Source of the DNA: Microcoleus sp.
Lineage (GTDB): Bacteria; Cyanobacteriota; Cyanobacteriia; Cyanobacteriales; Microcoleaceae
DNA: 64,000 nucleotides
Direction: 5' to 3'
NCBI GenBank assembly: GCA_042408215.1
Contig: JAYFMW010000028.1
Location: forward strand, 256,001 to 320,000
Both the position numbers and the translations under genes were made by a program. Positions 50,671 through 62,553 of this stretch are shown here, in pieces (within the stretch, counting starts at the first letter, position 1; each line of letters starts with the position of its first letter). The notes beneath the pieces were generated by a model, which worked only from the letters and a program-made list of their open reading frames with translations, had not been told where the DNA came from and did no database searches.

Positions 50671-51540
50671 ATGACACAGGTAACTAATCCAACAACGCCA
50701 GCAAGTTCAGTCCCATTTGGCAGTGGACTGAATATTAAAGGTATCGCAGGCGACAACAGGTTGACTGGCGGCACAGGAGCCGATGTCATCCAGACTTTTG
50801 CGGGCAACGATGTCATCGCCGCTGGTGATGGCAACGACCTGATATTGACGGGTGGTGGCAATGACAATGTCGATGGCGGTGCTGGCAATGATATTGTAGC
50901 TGCCGGTACTGGCAACGATGTGCTCGCTGGCGGCGGCGGCGAGGACTTATTCTTTGGCGGTAAAGGAACTGACCGAGTAGACGGCGGTGATGGCAATGAC
51001 ATACTTTCTGGAGATCAGGGGAACGACACCGTCAGTGGCGGTGCTGGCAACGACACCATCTTCGGCGGTACTGGCAACGATATCATCAGTGGCGTTGACG
51101 GCAACGACACCCTCTTCGGTGGTCAAGGAAATGATACTGTTGACGGCGGTGCTGGCAATGACTTGATCTCTGGCGACAGAGGAAGTGATGTCCTGACTGG
51201 TAATGCTGGCAGCGATACGTTCTACTTCGCTTCTGCTGGCTCAGATAATAGTGGCAAAGAACCTTACGGTGTAGACACGATCACTGACTTTACGCCTACC
51301 GAAGATAAGATTCGCTTGAAGTCAGGCGGTGCTTTTGCTGGTTTGGGCAGCAGTTTCGATTCCACCGAGTTTATTGTCGATGCTGCTTTCACCGGCAGCC
51401 CAACAGCCAACACGACGAACAAGTTGGTATACAACCCGACAAGCGGTTTGCTGTACTTCAACTCAGGCAGCGGAGTGCTGACTGTGGCTCAGTTGCAGCC
51501 TAATCTGACTATTACCTCGAACAACTTCGAGTTGTTCTAG
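50671..51540 (+). CDS. RTX/hemolysin-type calcium-binding protein
   Basis: Many GGxGND nonapeptides and a C-terminal DTITDF..DKI T1SS-type tail; AGGAGG Shine-Dalgarno. Confidence 0.9.
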   Translation: MTQVTNPTTPASSVPFGSGLNIKGIAGDNRLTGGTGADVIQTFAGNDVIAAGDGNDLILTGGGNDNVDGGAGNDIVAAGTGNDVLAGGGGEDLFFGGKGTDRVDGGDGNDILSGDQGNDTVSGGAGNDTIFGGTGNDIISGVDGNDTLFGGQGNDTVDGGAGNDLISGDRGSDVLTGNAGSDTFYFASAGSDNSGKEPYGVDTITDFTPTEDKIRLKSGGAFAGLGSSFDSTEFIVDAAFTGSPTANTTNKLVYNPTSGLLYFNSGSGVLTVAQLQPNLTITSNNFELF

Positions 51541-51639
51541 AACAACTGGCGGTTGTGGGGCGGCACTGGTTCGGATTCGGGGCTGTTTCAAACTTCTGAA
51601 AGTTTTAGAGGATTTCAACCTCACTCTGTCGCGACGGGG

Positions 51640-53452
51640 TGGGGTTGACTTTGATCGGAATCTTGTCCCCCCCTTCTTAAGGGGGGCTAGGGGGGATCTA
51701 GATTTAATGGTCAAACAGCAGTCTCTGGCTGGGTTTGACGTTAAGTTGACACGAAGAAGGGCTCTTGGAGTGTCCCTACAGTTAGGACACTCCAAGAGCT
51801 CATTAGTGTCAACTTAAGACTGAAACCCCTGAGAAATCTCGTTTTTACGCTAAGTCTAGATCCCCCTAAATCCCCCTTAAGAAGGGGAGTAGGGGTTGAC
51901 TTTGAGAAGATTCCTGTCCCACACCCCCTACTCCCCTACTCCCTTTAAGAAGGGGAGTAGGGGTTGACTTTGATCGGAATCTTGTCCCCCCCTTCTTAAG
52001 GGGGGCTAGGGGGGATCTAGATTTAATGGTCAAACAGCAGTCTCTGGCTGGGTTTGACGTTAAGTTGACACGAAGAAGGGCTCTTGGAGTGTCCCTACAG
52101 TTAGGACACTCCAAGAGCTCATTAGTGTCAACTTAAGACTGAAACCCCTGAGAAATCTCGTTTTTACGCTAAGTCTAGATCCCCCTAAATCCCCCTTAAG
52201 AAGGGGGACTTTGATCGGAATCTTGTCCCCCCCTTCTTAAGGGGGGCTAGGGGGGATCTAGATTTAATGGTCAAACAGCAGTCTCTGGCTGGGTTTGACT
52301 TTAAGTTGACACGAAGAAGGGCTCTTGGAGTGTCCCTACAGTTAGGACACTCCAAGAGCTCATTGGTGTCAACTTAAGACTGAAACCCCTGAGAAATCTC
52401 GTTTTTACGCTAAGTCTAGATCCCCCTAAATCCCCCTTAAGAAGGGGGACTTTGATCGGAATCTTGTCCCCCCCTTCTTAAGGGGGGCTAGGGGGGATCT
52501 AGATTTAATGGTCAAACAGCAGTCTCTGGCTGGGTTTGACGTTAAGTTGACACGAAGAAGGGCTCTTGGAGTGTCCCTACAGTTAGGACACTCCAAGAGC
52601 TCATTAGTGTCAACTTAAGACTGAAACCCCTGAGAAATCTCGTTTTTACGCTAAGTCTAGATCCCCCTAAATCCCCCTTAAGAAGGGGGACTTTGATCGG
52701 AATCTTGTCCCCCCCTTCTTAAGGGGGAGTAGGGGGCAAGAATGCGGGGGGATCTAGATTTAATGGTCAAACAGCAGTCTCTGGCTGGGTTTGACGTTAA
52801 GTTGACACGAAGAAGGGCTCTTGGAGTGTCCCTACAGTTAGGACACTCCAAGAGCTCATTGGTGTCAACTTAAGCCTGAAAGCCTTTGTATCTGTCGTTC
52901 ATAGCCGAGTCTAGATCCCCCTAAATCCCCCTTAAGAAGGGGGACTTTGAGAAGATTCCTGTCCCACACCCCCTACTCCCCTACTCCCTTTAAGAAGGGG
53001 AGTAGGGGTTGACTTTGATCGGAATCTTGTCCCCCCCTTCTTAAGGGGGGCTAGGGGGGATCTAGATTTAATGGTCAAACAGCAGTCTCTGGCTGGGTTT
53101 GACGTTAAGTTGACACGAAGAAGGGCTCTTGGAGTGTCCCTACAGTTAGGACACTCCAAGAGCTCATTGGTGTCAACTTAAGACTGAAACCCCTGAGAAA
53201 TCTCGTTTTTACGCTAAGTCTAGATCCCCCTAAATCCCCCTTAAGAAGGGGGACTTTGAGAAGATTCCTGTCCCACACCCCCTACTCCCCTACTCCCTTT
53301 AAGAAGGGGAGTAGGGGTTGACTTTGATCGGAATCTTGTCCCCCCCTTCTTAAGGGGGGCTAGGGGGGATCTAGATTTAATGGTCAAACAGCAGTCTCTG
53401 GCTGGGTTTGACTTTAAGTTGACACGAAGAAGGGCTCTTGGAGTGCCCCTAC
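51640..53452. repeat. Tandem array of MITE + palindrome units (about 240-320 bp; 6 complete and 1 partial)
   Basis: TTAAGTTGACAC at 51741, 52060, 52301, 52542, 52797, 53105 and 53414. The first six are each followed by the same palindrome and GTGTCAACTTAAG. Confidence 0.92.
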
Positions 53453-53723
53453 AATTAATTGGGCGATGGCTGGGAGCCTCTGCGAGTGCTACGATTATTT
53501 TGGGGTAGGGAAACGGCATTGCCGTGTCCTCTCCGTTGTGGTCGTTCCATTGCGATCGTCAGGAGTGCAACCGGAATTGATATAATTTAAGGAAATTTTA
53601 TAAGGGTTATTGATGAAATTAATCGATCGCCCGATCGCGCACAAGAAAATATCAAAAAGCTTTAAAATTAAAATTTCGAGAGTTCCCTCGTAGCGGTGAA
53701 GAAACTGCAACTGCTGGCTAGTA

Positions 53724-56606
53724 ATGAGCATTGAAGAATATATTCGGCAAGCCCAGGTTTATTTGAACCGGGGAAAGTTAACAGAGGCGATCGATTTTTG
53801 CAAAAGGGCGATCGAACTTCAGCCGTTTTCGCCCTCGGCTTACACGACTTTGGGCGAAATCCTAGAAGCTCAAGGCGATCCGACGGCGGCGAGAGATGCT
53901 TTTGTGCAAGCTTTGGAAATTTCGCCGCGGTTTTTTCTGGCTCACGCTTATTTGGGTCAATTATATAGCGAGTATTGGTGGCTGGATGAGGCGGTTTTTC
54001 ACTACCGGAAAGCTCTGGATTTGAAACCAGACTGGGCGGAATTGCATTATAACTTGGGAAATGTTGTTCATAAACAGGGAAATTTGTTGGGGGCGATCGA
54101 GTGTTATCGAAAGGCGATCGCTCTTAAGCCCGATTATGTACTTGCTTTCTACAATCTGGCTGTGGTTTTAGATGAAAATAATCAGCTCGAAGCTGCAATT
54201 GATAACTACCGACAGGTAATTGCTCTCAAGCCTGATTATGTGGAAGCTTACAGTAATTTGGGCTGCACTTTGGTAAAGGACGATCGCATCCCAGAGGCGA
54301 TCGAAATTTACCAGGCTGGGCTCGCGATTAAATCTGATTGGGCGACGCTTTATAATAATTTGGCTCAGGTGTTGCTTGATAAAAGTCCCGAAAAGGCGAT
54401 CGCGGCTTACCAAAGAGCGATCGAGTTAGAGCCGGATTTGGTTTTGGCTCATTACAATCTGGGGAAAGCATGGCAAATACAGGGAGAACATTCTGCCGCT
54501 GTTGTTTGTTTCGATCGCGTGGTTGAGCTCCATCCTGACTATATTTCGGGCTATACAGACGCAGGCTTTTCTCTGATGGCTTTGGGTAAAATTGCGGAAG
54601 CACTGCCCTATTTTGCCAAAGCAATTGCTGTCAAGCCCGATTTTGTTGAGGCTTACTGCGATTTGGGAGAAACGCAGCCATTTGCTCAAGATGATGATGA
54701 GTTTTCAAAGGCGATCGCAGCTTGTGGTAGATTTTTGCAAGCACTAACTGGAAGGAAGAAGGAAGAGGGAAGTTCGGCAACGGATTCTGTAACGGATTTA
54801 ACGGATGTCAGGAAGTTCGGCAACGGATTCTGTAACGGATTTAACGGATTTAAACGGATTCCCAATTCCCAAGTCCCGATGTCCGATGCCCGATGCCCAA
54901 TGCCCAATGCCCAATTACCAATTGCTGAAATTTGCGATAACTTAGCAGCAATTTACCTGCATTTGGGGAATGCTTTAACAGAGTATGGCGGCCACGAATC
55001 GGCGACAGCTTATTATCAAAAAGCTTTGCAAATTCAGCCTAAAAATACAGAGCTTTACTGGCGATTGGGCAATTCTTTGGTAGAGCAAAAGCGGTTAAAT
55101 GCGGCAATCTTAGTATACCACATGGCTTTGGCAATTCTACCTGCTCTACCGCAAGTTTATTTTGACTTAGCAAAAGTGCTGGAAAAACAGGGCAGTTTGG
55201 AACGGGCGATCGATTATTATCAAAAGGTTTTAGAGTTGCAATTCCACGGGTATACACAACCGCAACTGTCGAAAAAAGCTAATTGTATTCTACTAGAATC
55301 AAGTAAGTTTGAAGTACCTAAAGGCATTTATTTATCCACTTGGGATTGGATTGTTGCTGCTAAGTTAAAAAGTGATAATTATTTAGAAATCGTTTGGAAA
55401 TATGAGACGGAAACCCAACCAGAAAATATTCCCAATGCCCAATGCCCAATGCCCAATGCCCAATTCCCAATGCCCAATTCCCAATTGGCAAATTCCGATT
55501 GTGGTGGTTTAACTTGTGGGCTGTGTTTGCAGCGGATTTCTAAGTGGTTCGATCCGGTGCATTTGGGTTGGGGAGTTTGCCGTTTGTCCAATTCTAAGCC
55601 ACTACCCGTGGAGTCGCAGAAGACTTTTGCTGCTACAATTCCCAATGGGCGAGTTTGGATTGTGCCGCAACAAAATTATTGGCTGATTTGTAAGGCGATC
55701 GCTGTTATTACTCCCGATAACTATTTGTTGGCTGATGTGTCTAGAGATTATCCGGGGTTTTTACCGGTCTGTGAAAAGCATGATATCAGAAAACATAGCG
55801 TTTTTGACTTAGAATCATTTCCTCCTTTAAAGCAGATTGAAGGTAGGGTGGCGGTGCTTTCTGGTTTGTCGGGAAATGTCTATTTTCACTGGATGGTTGA
55901 TGTTTTGCCGAGAATTGAATTGCTGCGGCGAAGTGGTAGGGATTTGGCGGAGATTGACTGGTTTTTGGTGAATAGTTGCCAGCATCAATTTCAGCGGGAA
56001 AGTCTGAGGATTTTGGGGATTCCAGAGGAGAAAGTCTTGGAGAGCGATCGCTATCCTCACCTTCAAGCAACAGAGTTAATTGTACCGTCTTTTGCTGGAT
56101 ATTTGGGCTGGCCTTCTGGATGGGCGATCGATTTTTTGAGGCGGGAGTTTCTTCAGGGAATTATACCTAGTTATAGCTATCCAAAACGGATTTATATCAG
56201 TCGCAGCAAAGCTAGATATCGGCGAGTTTTGAATGAGGCAGATGTGGTTGAGGTATTGGAGGGATTTGGCTTTGTTTCTATTTTACCTGAATCCATGTCT
56301 TTGGAGGAGCAAATTGCCTATTTTTATCATGCTGAGGTAATAGTTACTGCCCACGGTAGCGGGTTGACAAATACGATTTTCTGTCAGGCTGGAACTAAAA
56401 TAATTGAGTTAATGTCACCTCATTATATTAGCCATTATTATTGGGGAAGTAGTCAATATTTGCAGTTGGAACATTACTTTTTAACTGGCGAGGCTTTTGA
56501 ATGCTATCCTATTAGACAGTTGATGTATCAGAATTCGCTGACAGAGGATATTTTGGTGAACTTGAGTTCGCTAAAACGGATGGTTGAAGTGGTTGGTTTG
56601 AGTTAG
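53724..56606 (+). CDS. TPR-repeat protein with a C-terminal glycosyltransferase family 61 (DUF563) domain
   Basis: Many TPRs; [29 protein letters not shown]. Confidence 0.87.
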   Translation: MSIEEYIRQAQVYLNRGKLTEAIDFCKRAIELQPFSPSAYTTLGEILEAQGDPTAARDAFVQALEISPRFFLAHAYLGQLYSEYWWLDEAVFHYRKALDLKPDWAELHYNLGNVVHKQGNLLGAIECYRKAIALKPDYVLAFYNLAVVLDENNQLEAAIDNYRQVIALKPDYVEAYSNLGCTLVKDDRIPEAIEIYQAGLAIKSDWATLYNNLAQVLLDKSPEKAIAAYQRAIELEPDLVLAHYNLGKAWQIQGEHSAAVVCFDRVVELHPDYISGYTDAGFSLMALGKIAEALPYFAKAIAVKPDFVEAYCDLGETQPFAQDDDEFSKAIAACGRFLQALTGRKKEEGSSATDSVTDLTDVRKFGNGFCNGFNGFKRIPNSQVPMSDARCPMPNAQLPIAEICDNLAAIYLHLGNALTEYGGHESATAYYQKALQIQPKNTELYWRLGNSLVEQKRLNAAILVYHMALAILPALPQVYFDLAKVLEKQGSLERAIDYYQKVLELQFHGYTQPQLSKKANCILLESSKFEVPKGIYLSTWDWIVAAKLKSDNYLEIVWKYETETQPENIPNAQCPMPNAQFPMPNSQLANSDCGGLTCGLCLQRISKWFDPVHLGWGVCRLSNSKPLPVESQKTFAATIPNGRVWIVPQQNYWLICKAIAVITPDNYLLADVSRDYPGFLPVCEKHDIRKHSVFDLESFPPLKQIEGRVAVLSGLSGNVYFHWMVDVLPRIELLRRSGRDLAEIDWFLVNSCQHQFQRESLRILGIPEEKVLESDRYPHLQATELIVPSFAGYLGWPSGWAIDFLRREFLQGIIPSYSYPKRIYISRSKARYRRVLNEADVVEVLEGFGFVSILPESMSLEEQIAYFYHAEVIVTAHGSGLTNTIFCQAGTKIIELMSPHYISHYYWGSSQYLQLEHYFLTGEAFECYPIRQLMYQNSLTEDILVNLSSLKRMVEVVGLS

Positions 56607-56630
56607 TTAGCGTCTGGAGTAGTTGGAATT

Positions 56631-59600
56631 ATGCCCTCGATTGAGAAGATGGAAAAAGCAGCGGTTGATTTGAGTCAGCAAGCAGAAATTTATTTAGCTG
56701 AAGGTAGGTTAAATGAGGCTGTGGCTGCTTGTGAGTCAGCGCTGAAAATTGAGCCGAATTGGGCGGCACCTTGTCAGACGCTGGGAAAAGTGATGCAGCT
56801 TCGAGGTGAAATCGAGCCAGCTAAGCAGTGGTATGAAGCGGCGATCGATCGCAATCCAAATTTACCGGAAGTTTACGCGAATCTCGGCAGTTTGTATTCT
56901 CATTCTAAACAGTGGGAAAAGGCGATCGCGGCTTGTGAAAAGGCAATTTCGCTCGCACCGAAATTTGCTGCTGCTTATCGCCAGTTGGCGAGAGTTTGGA
57001 TGCAGTTGGAGAAGCCAGAAGCAGCCACAGAGTGTTGGTATCAAGCTTTTCAGATCGAGCCGAATTGGGCAACGGCTGACGAGCACGTCACTCTGGGAAA
57101 TAGTCTTGTTGAAGAAGGCAAGTTCGATCGGGCGATCGAGTGTTATTCGCGGGCGATCGAGTTCAACCCGAATTTGGCAATAGCTTATCATAATTTGGGG
57201 GAAATGCTGCTCGGTGAAAAACGGTGGCAAGAGGCGATCGCAAATTATGAAAAAGCTATTGAAATCAATCCCAATTTTTTTGAATCTTACCACAGTTTGG
57301 GTAAAACTTGGGCGGATAGAGGAGAATTAGATAAGGCGATCGCCTGTCAACGCAAAAGCCTCGAAATCAATCCAAATTATGCTCGTGCTTACCTGAGTTT
57401 GGGCAATGTTTTGGTGCAAAAGGGCGAGTTTGATGCAGCAATTAACTGTTACCATCAGGCTCTTGAAAATAACGGCAATTCCGCTTGGGCGCATAATTAT
57501 TTAGGGGAAGCTTTTGCTCAACAATCTCGGTGGCAAGAATCTGTGATTTGCTACCGCAAGGCGATCGAATTAAATCCAAATCTTCCTTGGTTTTACCTCA
57601 ATTTGGGAATTGCCTTAACTTGCGAAAAATCCTGGGATCAAGCGGTTGCCGCTTACCTGCGTGCGATTCAGCTTGAGCCGAATTTGACGGGAATTAATCA
57701 GAGGTTGGGATATGTTTTGCGTCAGCGCAGCGCATCGGGTTTAGATAGCACAATTATTAGTTATTGTCAAGATATTGAGATGCTTGCTAGCGGCAAAATT
57801 TACCACAAATTGCTGGGAATTGAGTTAGATGGAGCGGACTTTTATATAAATTTAGGAAATAGTTTAGCGAAACAGAAGCAGTTGGAAGGTGCGATCGTCT
57901 TTTATAGCATGGCGCTGCAAATTGAGCCAAATGCTGCGGAAGTTGTCGCCAAACTCAATGAAGTTTCGACGAAACAACAGGAGTTATACGCACAAATTGC
58001 CTGTTACCGTCGCCAAATTGCGATCGCCCCGAATGATTCTCAAGCGTACAACGATTTAGGAAATATTTTACCGCAATTAGGCGAATTAGACGAAGCAATT
58101 GCCTGTCACCAAAAAGCGAGCGAATTGAGAAGTTGGGTTGAATGTGCGGCGAAAGATTATCAATTTACGCAAGATTGGTTTACCCACAATATCCCTATTT
58201 GGAAACGGCATTTGCAGCAGTTTGCAGGAATGCCAGAATTTCAAGTTGTGGAAATCGGCAGTTTTCAAGGAATGTCGGCTTGCTGGCTGTTGGATAATAT
58301 TTTAACTCACCCCACAGCAAAAATTACTTGTATTGATTTGTATTTCCAAGAACATTTTAAGGGCAATATTGCGAAAACTGGGGTAGGGGATAAAGTAATT
58401 GAATTAGAAGGCTATTCTCAAGACTTATTAGTTAATTTGAATTCCGAATATTACGATATTGCTTACGTTGACGGCTGTCACAAACCCACCAGTGCTCTGC
58501 AAGATGCGATTTTGTCTTGGAGGTTGGTGAAAGTTGGCGGATTGATGATTTTTGACGATTATGAATTTACGTTTCCCGACAGCCCGGAGCAAGATACTAA
58601 AATCGGCATCAATGTCTTCTTGGAGATGTTTGCAAGTCAGTTAGAAGTTGTTCATAAAGGCTATCAACTGATTGCGAAAAAAATCGGCAATCAAAACTTG
58701 GGAGAAGAGCAAGCTCTACTTTCTCAAGGTTGGGAAAAGTTGGGGGATATTGCGGCAAATACGGGTTATTCGGATGAGGCGATCGCCCGCTATCAAACAG
58801 CCATTAAAATTAAGTCTGGCAATTACTTAACTTACCATAAGTTGGGTAAAAGTTTCCAAGAAAAAGAACTGTTTGATGAAGCTGCGGCCGCTTACAAACA
58901 GGCGATCGAACTTAACCCTAATTTTAGTTGGTCTTACCACTTTTTGGGGGAAACTTGGCAAGCAATCAACGAAAATAGTGAAGCTGCGATTGCTTACCGC
59001 AAAGCGATTGCATTAAATCCCGATTTTTGTTGGAGTTATAGCAATTTAGGCGATGTGTTGATGGAGCTTGTTGAGTTGGAGGAAGCTGTTGTTGCTTACC
59101 GCAGATTAATTGAGCTGAATCCAGATTTTTGTTGGTCTTATGATAGGCTGGGTAAGGCTTTGATTGCAGTGAAAAACTGGGAAGAAGCGGCGGCTGCTTA
59201 CCGCAAAGCTATTGAATTAAATCCCGATGATTGTTGGCTGTACAATAGTTTGGGAGAAGTGCTGGAATCCCAAGAAAATTGGGCGGAAGCAGCAGTTGCT
59301 TTTGGCTGTGCTGTTGAGCTAGAGCCAGAGCATAGTTGGCTGTACAAAAAGTTGGGTGATGCTCTGCGAAAACAAGGAGAATTGTCAAGGGCGATCGCAA
59401 TTTATGAAAAAGGCATAAATCTGGAGCCAAAATCCTGTTGGTGTTACGAAGGATTGGGTTTGAGTTTAATGGCAAAACAGCAGTGGGAACCGGCAATAAC
59501 TAATTTAATTCAAGCACTGCAAATTAAACCCGATTTGTTTGGAATTTACTATCATATAGCTTATGCTCTGGAACAAAAAGGAGAAGTGGATGAAGCCGAT

Positions 59601-60722
59601 GTCATAAAATTTGGCCATGAAATGTTGCCGTTAAGTGTGATCAAAAAATACTGTAAATTTACAGAGGATTTGGCAATTACAGCAGAGTCAGATCCGACCA
59701 TTACTTGCATTGAAATCTATCCTGCAAGTCAAATCAATTTATCTGATTCCAAAACAATTGATACCAACAGCAGATGTTGGGAAGATGAAATTTTTTACAT
59801 AAAAAAAGCTTTTGTTGCCGTATTACCAAACGGACGAGCTTGGGCTGATATTGCTACTATCGTCGCCATTACTTCAAACAATAAGCTTGTTACCGATATT
59901 TCAATGGGTTGTCCTGAGTTGGTAATCACTTCCGACAAATTGCATCCCGCCGAACACATTGAGGGAAATGTAGCTTTTTTATCCGCTCGCTGGGGTGGAG
60001 CAGCTTATTTTCACTGGATGTTTGATGTAATTACGCGGTTCGAGCTTTTGCAGCGGAGCGGATTGATAGAAACTATAGATAAGTTTGTTGTCAATGCCTG
60101 CGATTCGAGTTACGAAAAAGAAACTTTAAATACTTTAGGAATTCCTCAAGATAAAATTTTAGAAAGTCGCTACCAGCCACACATCACAGCGGATAAATTA
60201 ATAGTTCCGTCAATTTGCAATGGTGCTGCGGGAACCTCAAAATGGAAGTGCGAATATTTGAAACGAATGTTTTTAAATGAAAAGCAGTCGCTAAAAACAG
60301 ATTATTCAGAACGAATTTATATCAGCAGAGAAAAAGCATCCTATCGGCGAATTGTCAACGAGAAAGATGTCATCGGCTGTTTAGAAAAGTTTGGGTTTCG
60401 TACAGTCAAACTGGAAACGATGTCGGTAGCTGAACAAGCATTATGTCTGGCTGCGGCTAAAGTAGTTGTGGCACCTCACGGAGCGGGATTGACTAATCTA
60501 GTGTTTTGTAATCCGGGAACTAAAGTAATTGAGATTTTTGCTCCGATTTATGTTCCAATTTGCTTTTGGACGATCAGTAATTTGTGTGATTTGGAACATT
60601 ACTATTTGATTGCTGAATTGTTTGATGACAAAACTCAGAAATATCCGGGACATAAAGATATGCGGGTAGATGTGAAATCGCTGGAGAAGTTAATGAATCT
60701 TGCAGGAGTTTTGCATGAATAA
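56631..60722 (+). CDS. TPR + SAM methyltransferase + TPR + GT61 multidomain protein
   Basis: EIGSFQGMS, YVDGCH and GGLMIFDDY (Methyltransf_24-like); YFHWMFD, YISR and PHGAGLTN (GT61). Confidence 0.87.
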   Translation: MPSIEKMEKAAVDLSQQAEIYLAEGRLNEAVAACESALKIEPNWAAPCQTLGKVMQLRGEIEPAKQWYEAAIDRNPNLPEVYANLGSLYSHSKQWEKAIAACEKAISLAPKFAAAYRQLARVWMQLEKPEAATECWYQAFQIEPNWATADEHVTLGNSLVEEGKFDRAIECYSRAIEFNPNLAIAYHNLGEMLLGEKRWQEAIANYEKAIEINPNFFESYHSLGKTWADRGELDKAIACQRKSLEINPNYARAYLSLGNVLVQKGEFDAAINCYHQALENNGNSAWAHNYLGEAFAQQSRWQESVICYRKAIELNPNLPWFYLNLGIALTCEKSWDQAVAAYLRAIQLEPNLTGINQRLGYVLRQRSASGLDSTIISYCQDIEMLASGKIYHKLLGIELDGADFYINLGNSLAKQKQLEGAIVFYSMALQIEPNAAEVVAKLNEVSTKQQELYAQIACYRRQIAIAPNDSQAYNDLGNILPQLGELDEAIACHQKASELRSWVECAAKDYQFTQDWFTHNIPIWKRHLQQFAGMPEFQVVEIGSFQGMSACWLLDNILTHPTAKITCIDLYFQEHFKGNIAKTGVGDKVIELEGYSQDLLVNLNSEYYDIAYVDGCHKPTSALQDAILSWRLVKVGGLMIFDDYEFTFPDSPEQDTKIGINVFLEMFASQLEVVHKGYQLIAKKIGNQNLGEEQALLSQGWEKLGDIAANTGYSDEAIARYQTAIKIKSGNYLTYHKLGKSFQEKELFDEAAAAYKQAIELNPNFSWSYHFLGETWQAINENSEAAIAYRKAIALNPDFCWSYSNLGDVLMELVELEEAVVAYRRLIELNPDFCWSYDRLGKALIAVKNWEEAAAAYRKAIELNPDDCWLYNSLGEVLESQENWAEAAVAFGCAVELEPEHSWLYKKLGDALRKQGELSRAIAIYEKGINLEPKSCWCYEGLGLSLMAKQQWEPAITNLIQALQIKPDLFGIYYHIAYALEQKGEVDEADVIKFGHEMLPLSVIKKYCKFTEDLAITAESDPTITCIEIYPASQINLSDSKTIDTNSRCWEDEIFYIKKAFVAVLPNGRAWADIATIVAITSNNKLVTDISMGCPELVITSDKLHPAEHIEGNVAFLSARWGGAAYFHWMFDVITRFELLQRSGLIETIDKFVVNACDSSYEKETLNTLGIPQDKILESRYQPHITADKLIVPSICNGAAGTSKWKCEYLKRMFLNEKQSLKTDYSERIYISREKASYRRIVNEKDVIGCLEKFGFRTVKLETMSVAEQALCLAAAKVVVAPHGAGLTNLVFCNPGTKVIEIFAPIYVPICFWTISNLCDLEHYYLIAELFDDKTQKYPGHKDMRVDVKSLEKLMNLAGVLHE

Positions 60723-62511
60723 TGAGTACCATAATTTGGGTAATTCCCTGCAAGAAAGTGGTCAATTTGATGAGGCTGTGATTGCGTACCAAAATGCGAT
60801 CGCCCAAAATCCCAATTTTTCTTGGTCTTATCACGGTTTGGGCGATGTTTTGCAGAAACTCGAACGGTGGGATGAGGCTGTCGCCACCTACAGAAAAGCT
60901 GTTGAGTTAAATCCTGATTTTTCTTGGTCTTATCATAATTTGGGCGATGTTTTGCTCAAGCTAGAACAATGGGAGGAAGCTGCTGTTGCTTACCGCTGCG
61001 AGATTGAACTCAACCCAGATTTTGCCTGGTCTTTCTGTAATTTAGGCGATGCTTTAACTAAACTAAAACAGTGGAATGAAGCGATTAATGCCTATTTAAA
61101 AGCTATTCTAATTGACCGAGATTTGCCGGGAATATATGAGAAATTTGGTTATGTTCTCCGACAAACAGAGTCTGATTTGAATTCTGTGTTTCAACAATGT
61201 CAATTGCAAATTACACCGGAAAATCGGGAGTTTTGTTTGGGTTTAGGGAGGAGTTTAGCACAGGGCGATCGCCTGGAAAGTGCAATTATTTTTTGTAAAA
61301 TACTCTTGACAAATGAGCCAAATTGTGATATAAAATCGGCGCAATTAGGGGAGTTTTTGCAGGAACAAGAAAAGTGCGTTAGCGCTTTAGCCTCATCTCG
61401 CGAGTGTGTCGCCCAAAAACCAGATGATTGCTGGTCTTATTACAATTTAGGTGCTGTTCTGAGCAATCAAAAAAAGTGGGATGAAGCGGCGACTTCGTTC
61501 TTGAAAGCAATAGAAATAAATCCCGATTTCTACTGGTGGTTTTATTACAATTTGTGGGAAGTTTTGGTTAAGCAAAATAAGCTGGAGGAAGTCGCGACTT
61601 TGTATCGCAAAGTTGTGGAAGCTCAACCGGATGCTTTTTGGCCTTATTTGAATTTGGGGGAAGCTTTGACTAGACAAGGCAAAATTGAGGAGGCGATTTG
61701 CTGTTATCAAACTGTTAGTTATCAGCAAACTTGGGGAGCTATTATAAGTAAGAACACAGGCCAGATGCCTGTTCTACAAAATACAGTAAAAGTTCCCAAT
61801 TTTATCATCATTGGTTCCCAGCGCTGCGGCACAACTTCTCTGTACACTTATTTAGCTCAACACCCGCAAATTTTGACTCCGATTAAAAAGGAAATGGATT
61901 TTTTCTCGTGGCATTTTGACAGAGGGATTGATTGGTATTTGGCTCATTTTCCACCCATACCAGCCGGGGAGCAATTTTTGACCGGTGAAGCAAGTCCGAG
62001 CTATTTTGACTCTCTGGAAGCACCGGAACGGCTCTACAGCGCGTTTCCAGAGGCTAAGCTAGTTGTACTTTTGCGAAATCCGGTCGATCGGGCTATTTCT
62101 CAATTCTACCGCTTGACTGACTTAAATTGGGAAGGGCGATCGTTCGATCGGGCAATTAGCGATGAGATTGAAAGATTGAATCAAAATCCAGCATATATTA
62201 TTGGCGAGGAACCGGGCAATTATTTAGCTCGCGGTAGGTATGTAGAATTTATGAAAAACTGGCTGGCTTTTTTCCCGAAACAACAGTTGTTAATTTTGAA
62301 AAGCGAAGATTTTTATGCAGGTGCGGCGGCGACTGTCAAACAAGTTTTAGAGTTTTTAGATTTGCCGGAATATCAATTACCTGAGTATCCAAATGCTAAT
62401 CCCGGTTCTTATCAGCCTATCAGCGATTCGGTGCGTTGCTGGTTGAGCGATTATTTTAGACATTACAATCAGCAACTAGAGGAGTATTTAGGCATAAAAT
62501 TTAATTGGTAA
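60715..62511 (+). CDS. TPR + sulfotransferase protein
   Basis: PAPS-binding IIGSQRCGTTSL, EASPSY and LRNPVDRAIS; the ATG lies 5 nt before the upstream stop (8-nt gene overlap). Confidence 0.88.
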   Translation: MNNEYHNLGNSLQESGQFDEAVIAYQNAIAQNPNFSWSYHGLGDVLQKLERWDEAVATYRKAVELNPDFSWSYHNLGDVLLKLEQWEEAAVAYRCEIELNPDFAWSFCNLGDALTKLKQWNEAINAYLKAILIDRDLPGIYEKFGYVLRQTESDLNSVFQQCQLQITPENREFCLGLGRSLAQGDRLESAIIFCKILLTNEPNCDIKSAQLGEFLQEQEKCVSALASSRECVAQKPDDCWSYYNLGAVLSNQKKWDEAATSFLKAIEINPDFYWWFYYNLWEVLVKQNKLEEVATLYRKVVEAQPDAFWPYLNLGEALTRQGKIEEAICCYQTVSYQQTWGAIISKNTGQMPVLQNTVKVPNFIIIGSQRCGTTSLYTYLAQHPQILTPIKKEMDFFSWHFDRGIDWYLAHFPPIPAGEQFLTGEASPSYFDSLEAPERLYSAFPEAKLVVLLRNPVDRAISQFYRLTDLNWEGRSFDRAISDEIERLNQNPAYIIGEEPGNYLARGRYVEFMKNWLAFFPKQQLLILKSEDFYAGAAATVKQVLEFLDLPEYQLPEYPNANPGSYQPISDSVRCWLSDYFRHYNQQLEEYLGIKFNW

Positions 62512-62553
62512 TTGGGCGAAGCGAAGCTCCGGCATGGGGCATGGGGCATGGGG

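Noticed and set aside
51640..53452. CRISPR array, and the repeated MECPNCRDTP ORFs
   Set aside because: The units are hundreds of bp with identical rather than unique spacers, and there are no cas genes. The ORFs are by-products of the MITE repeat.
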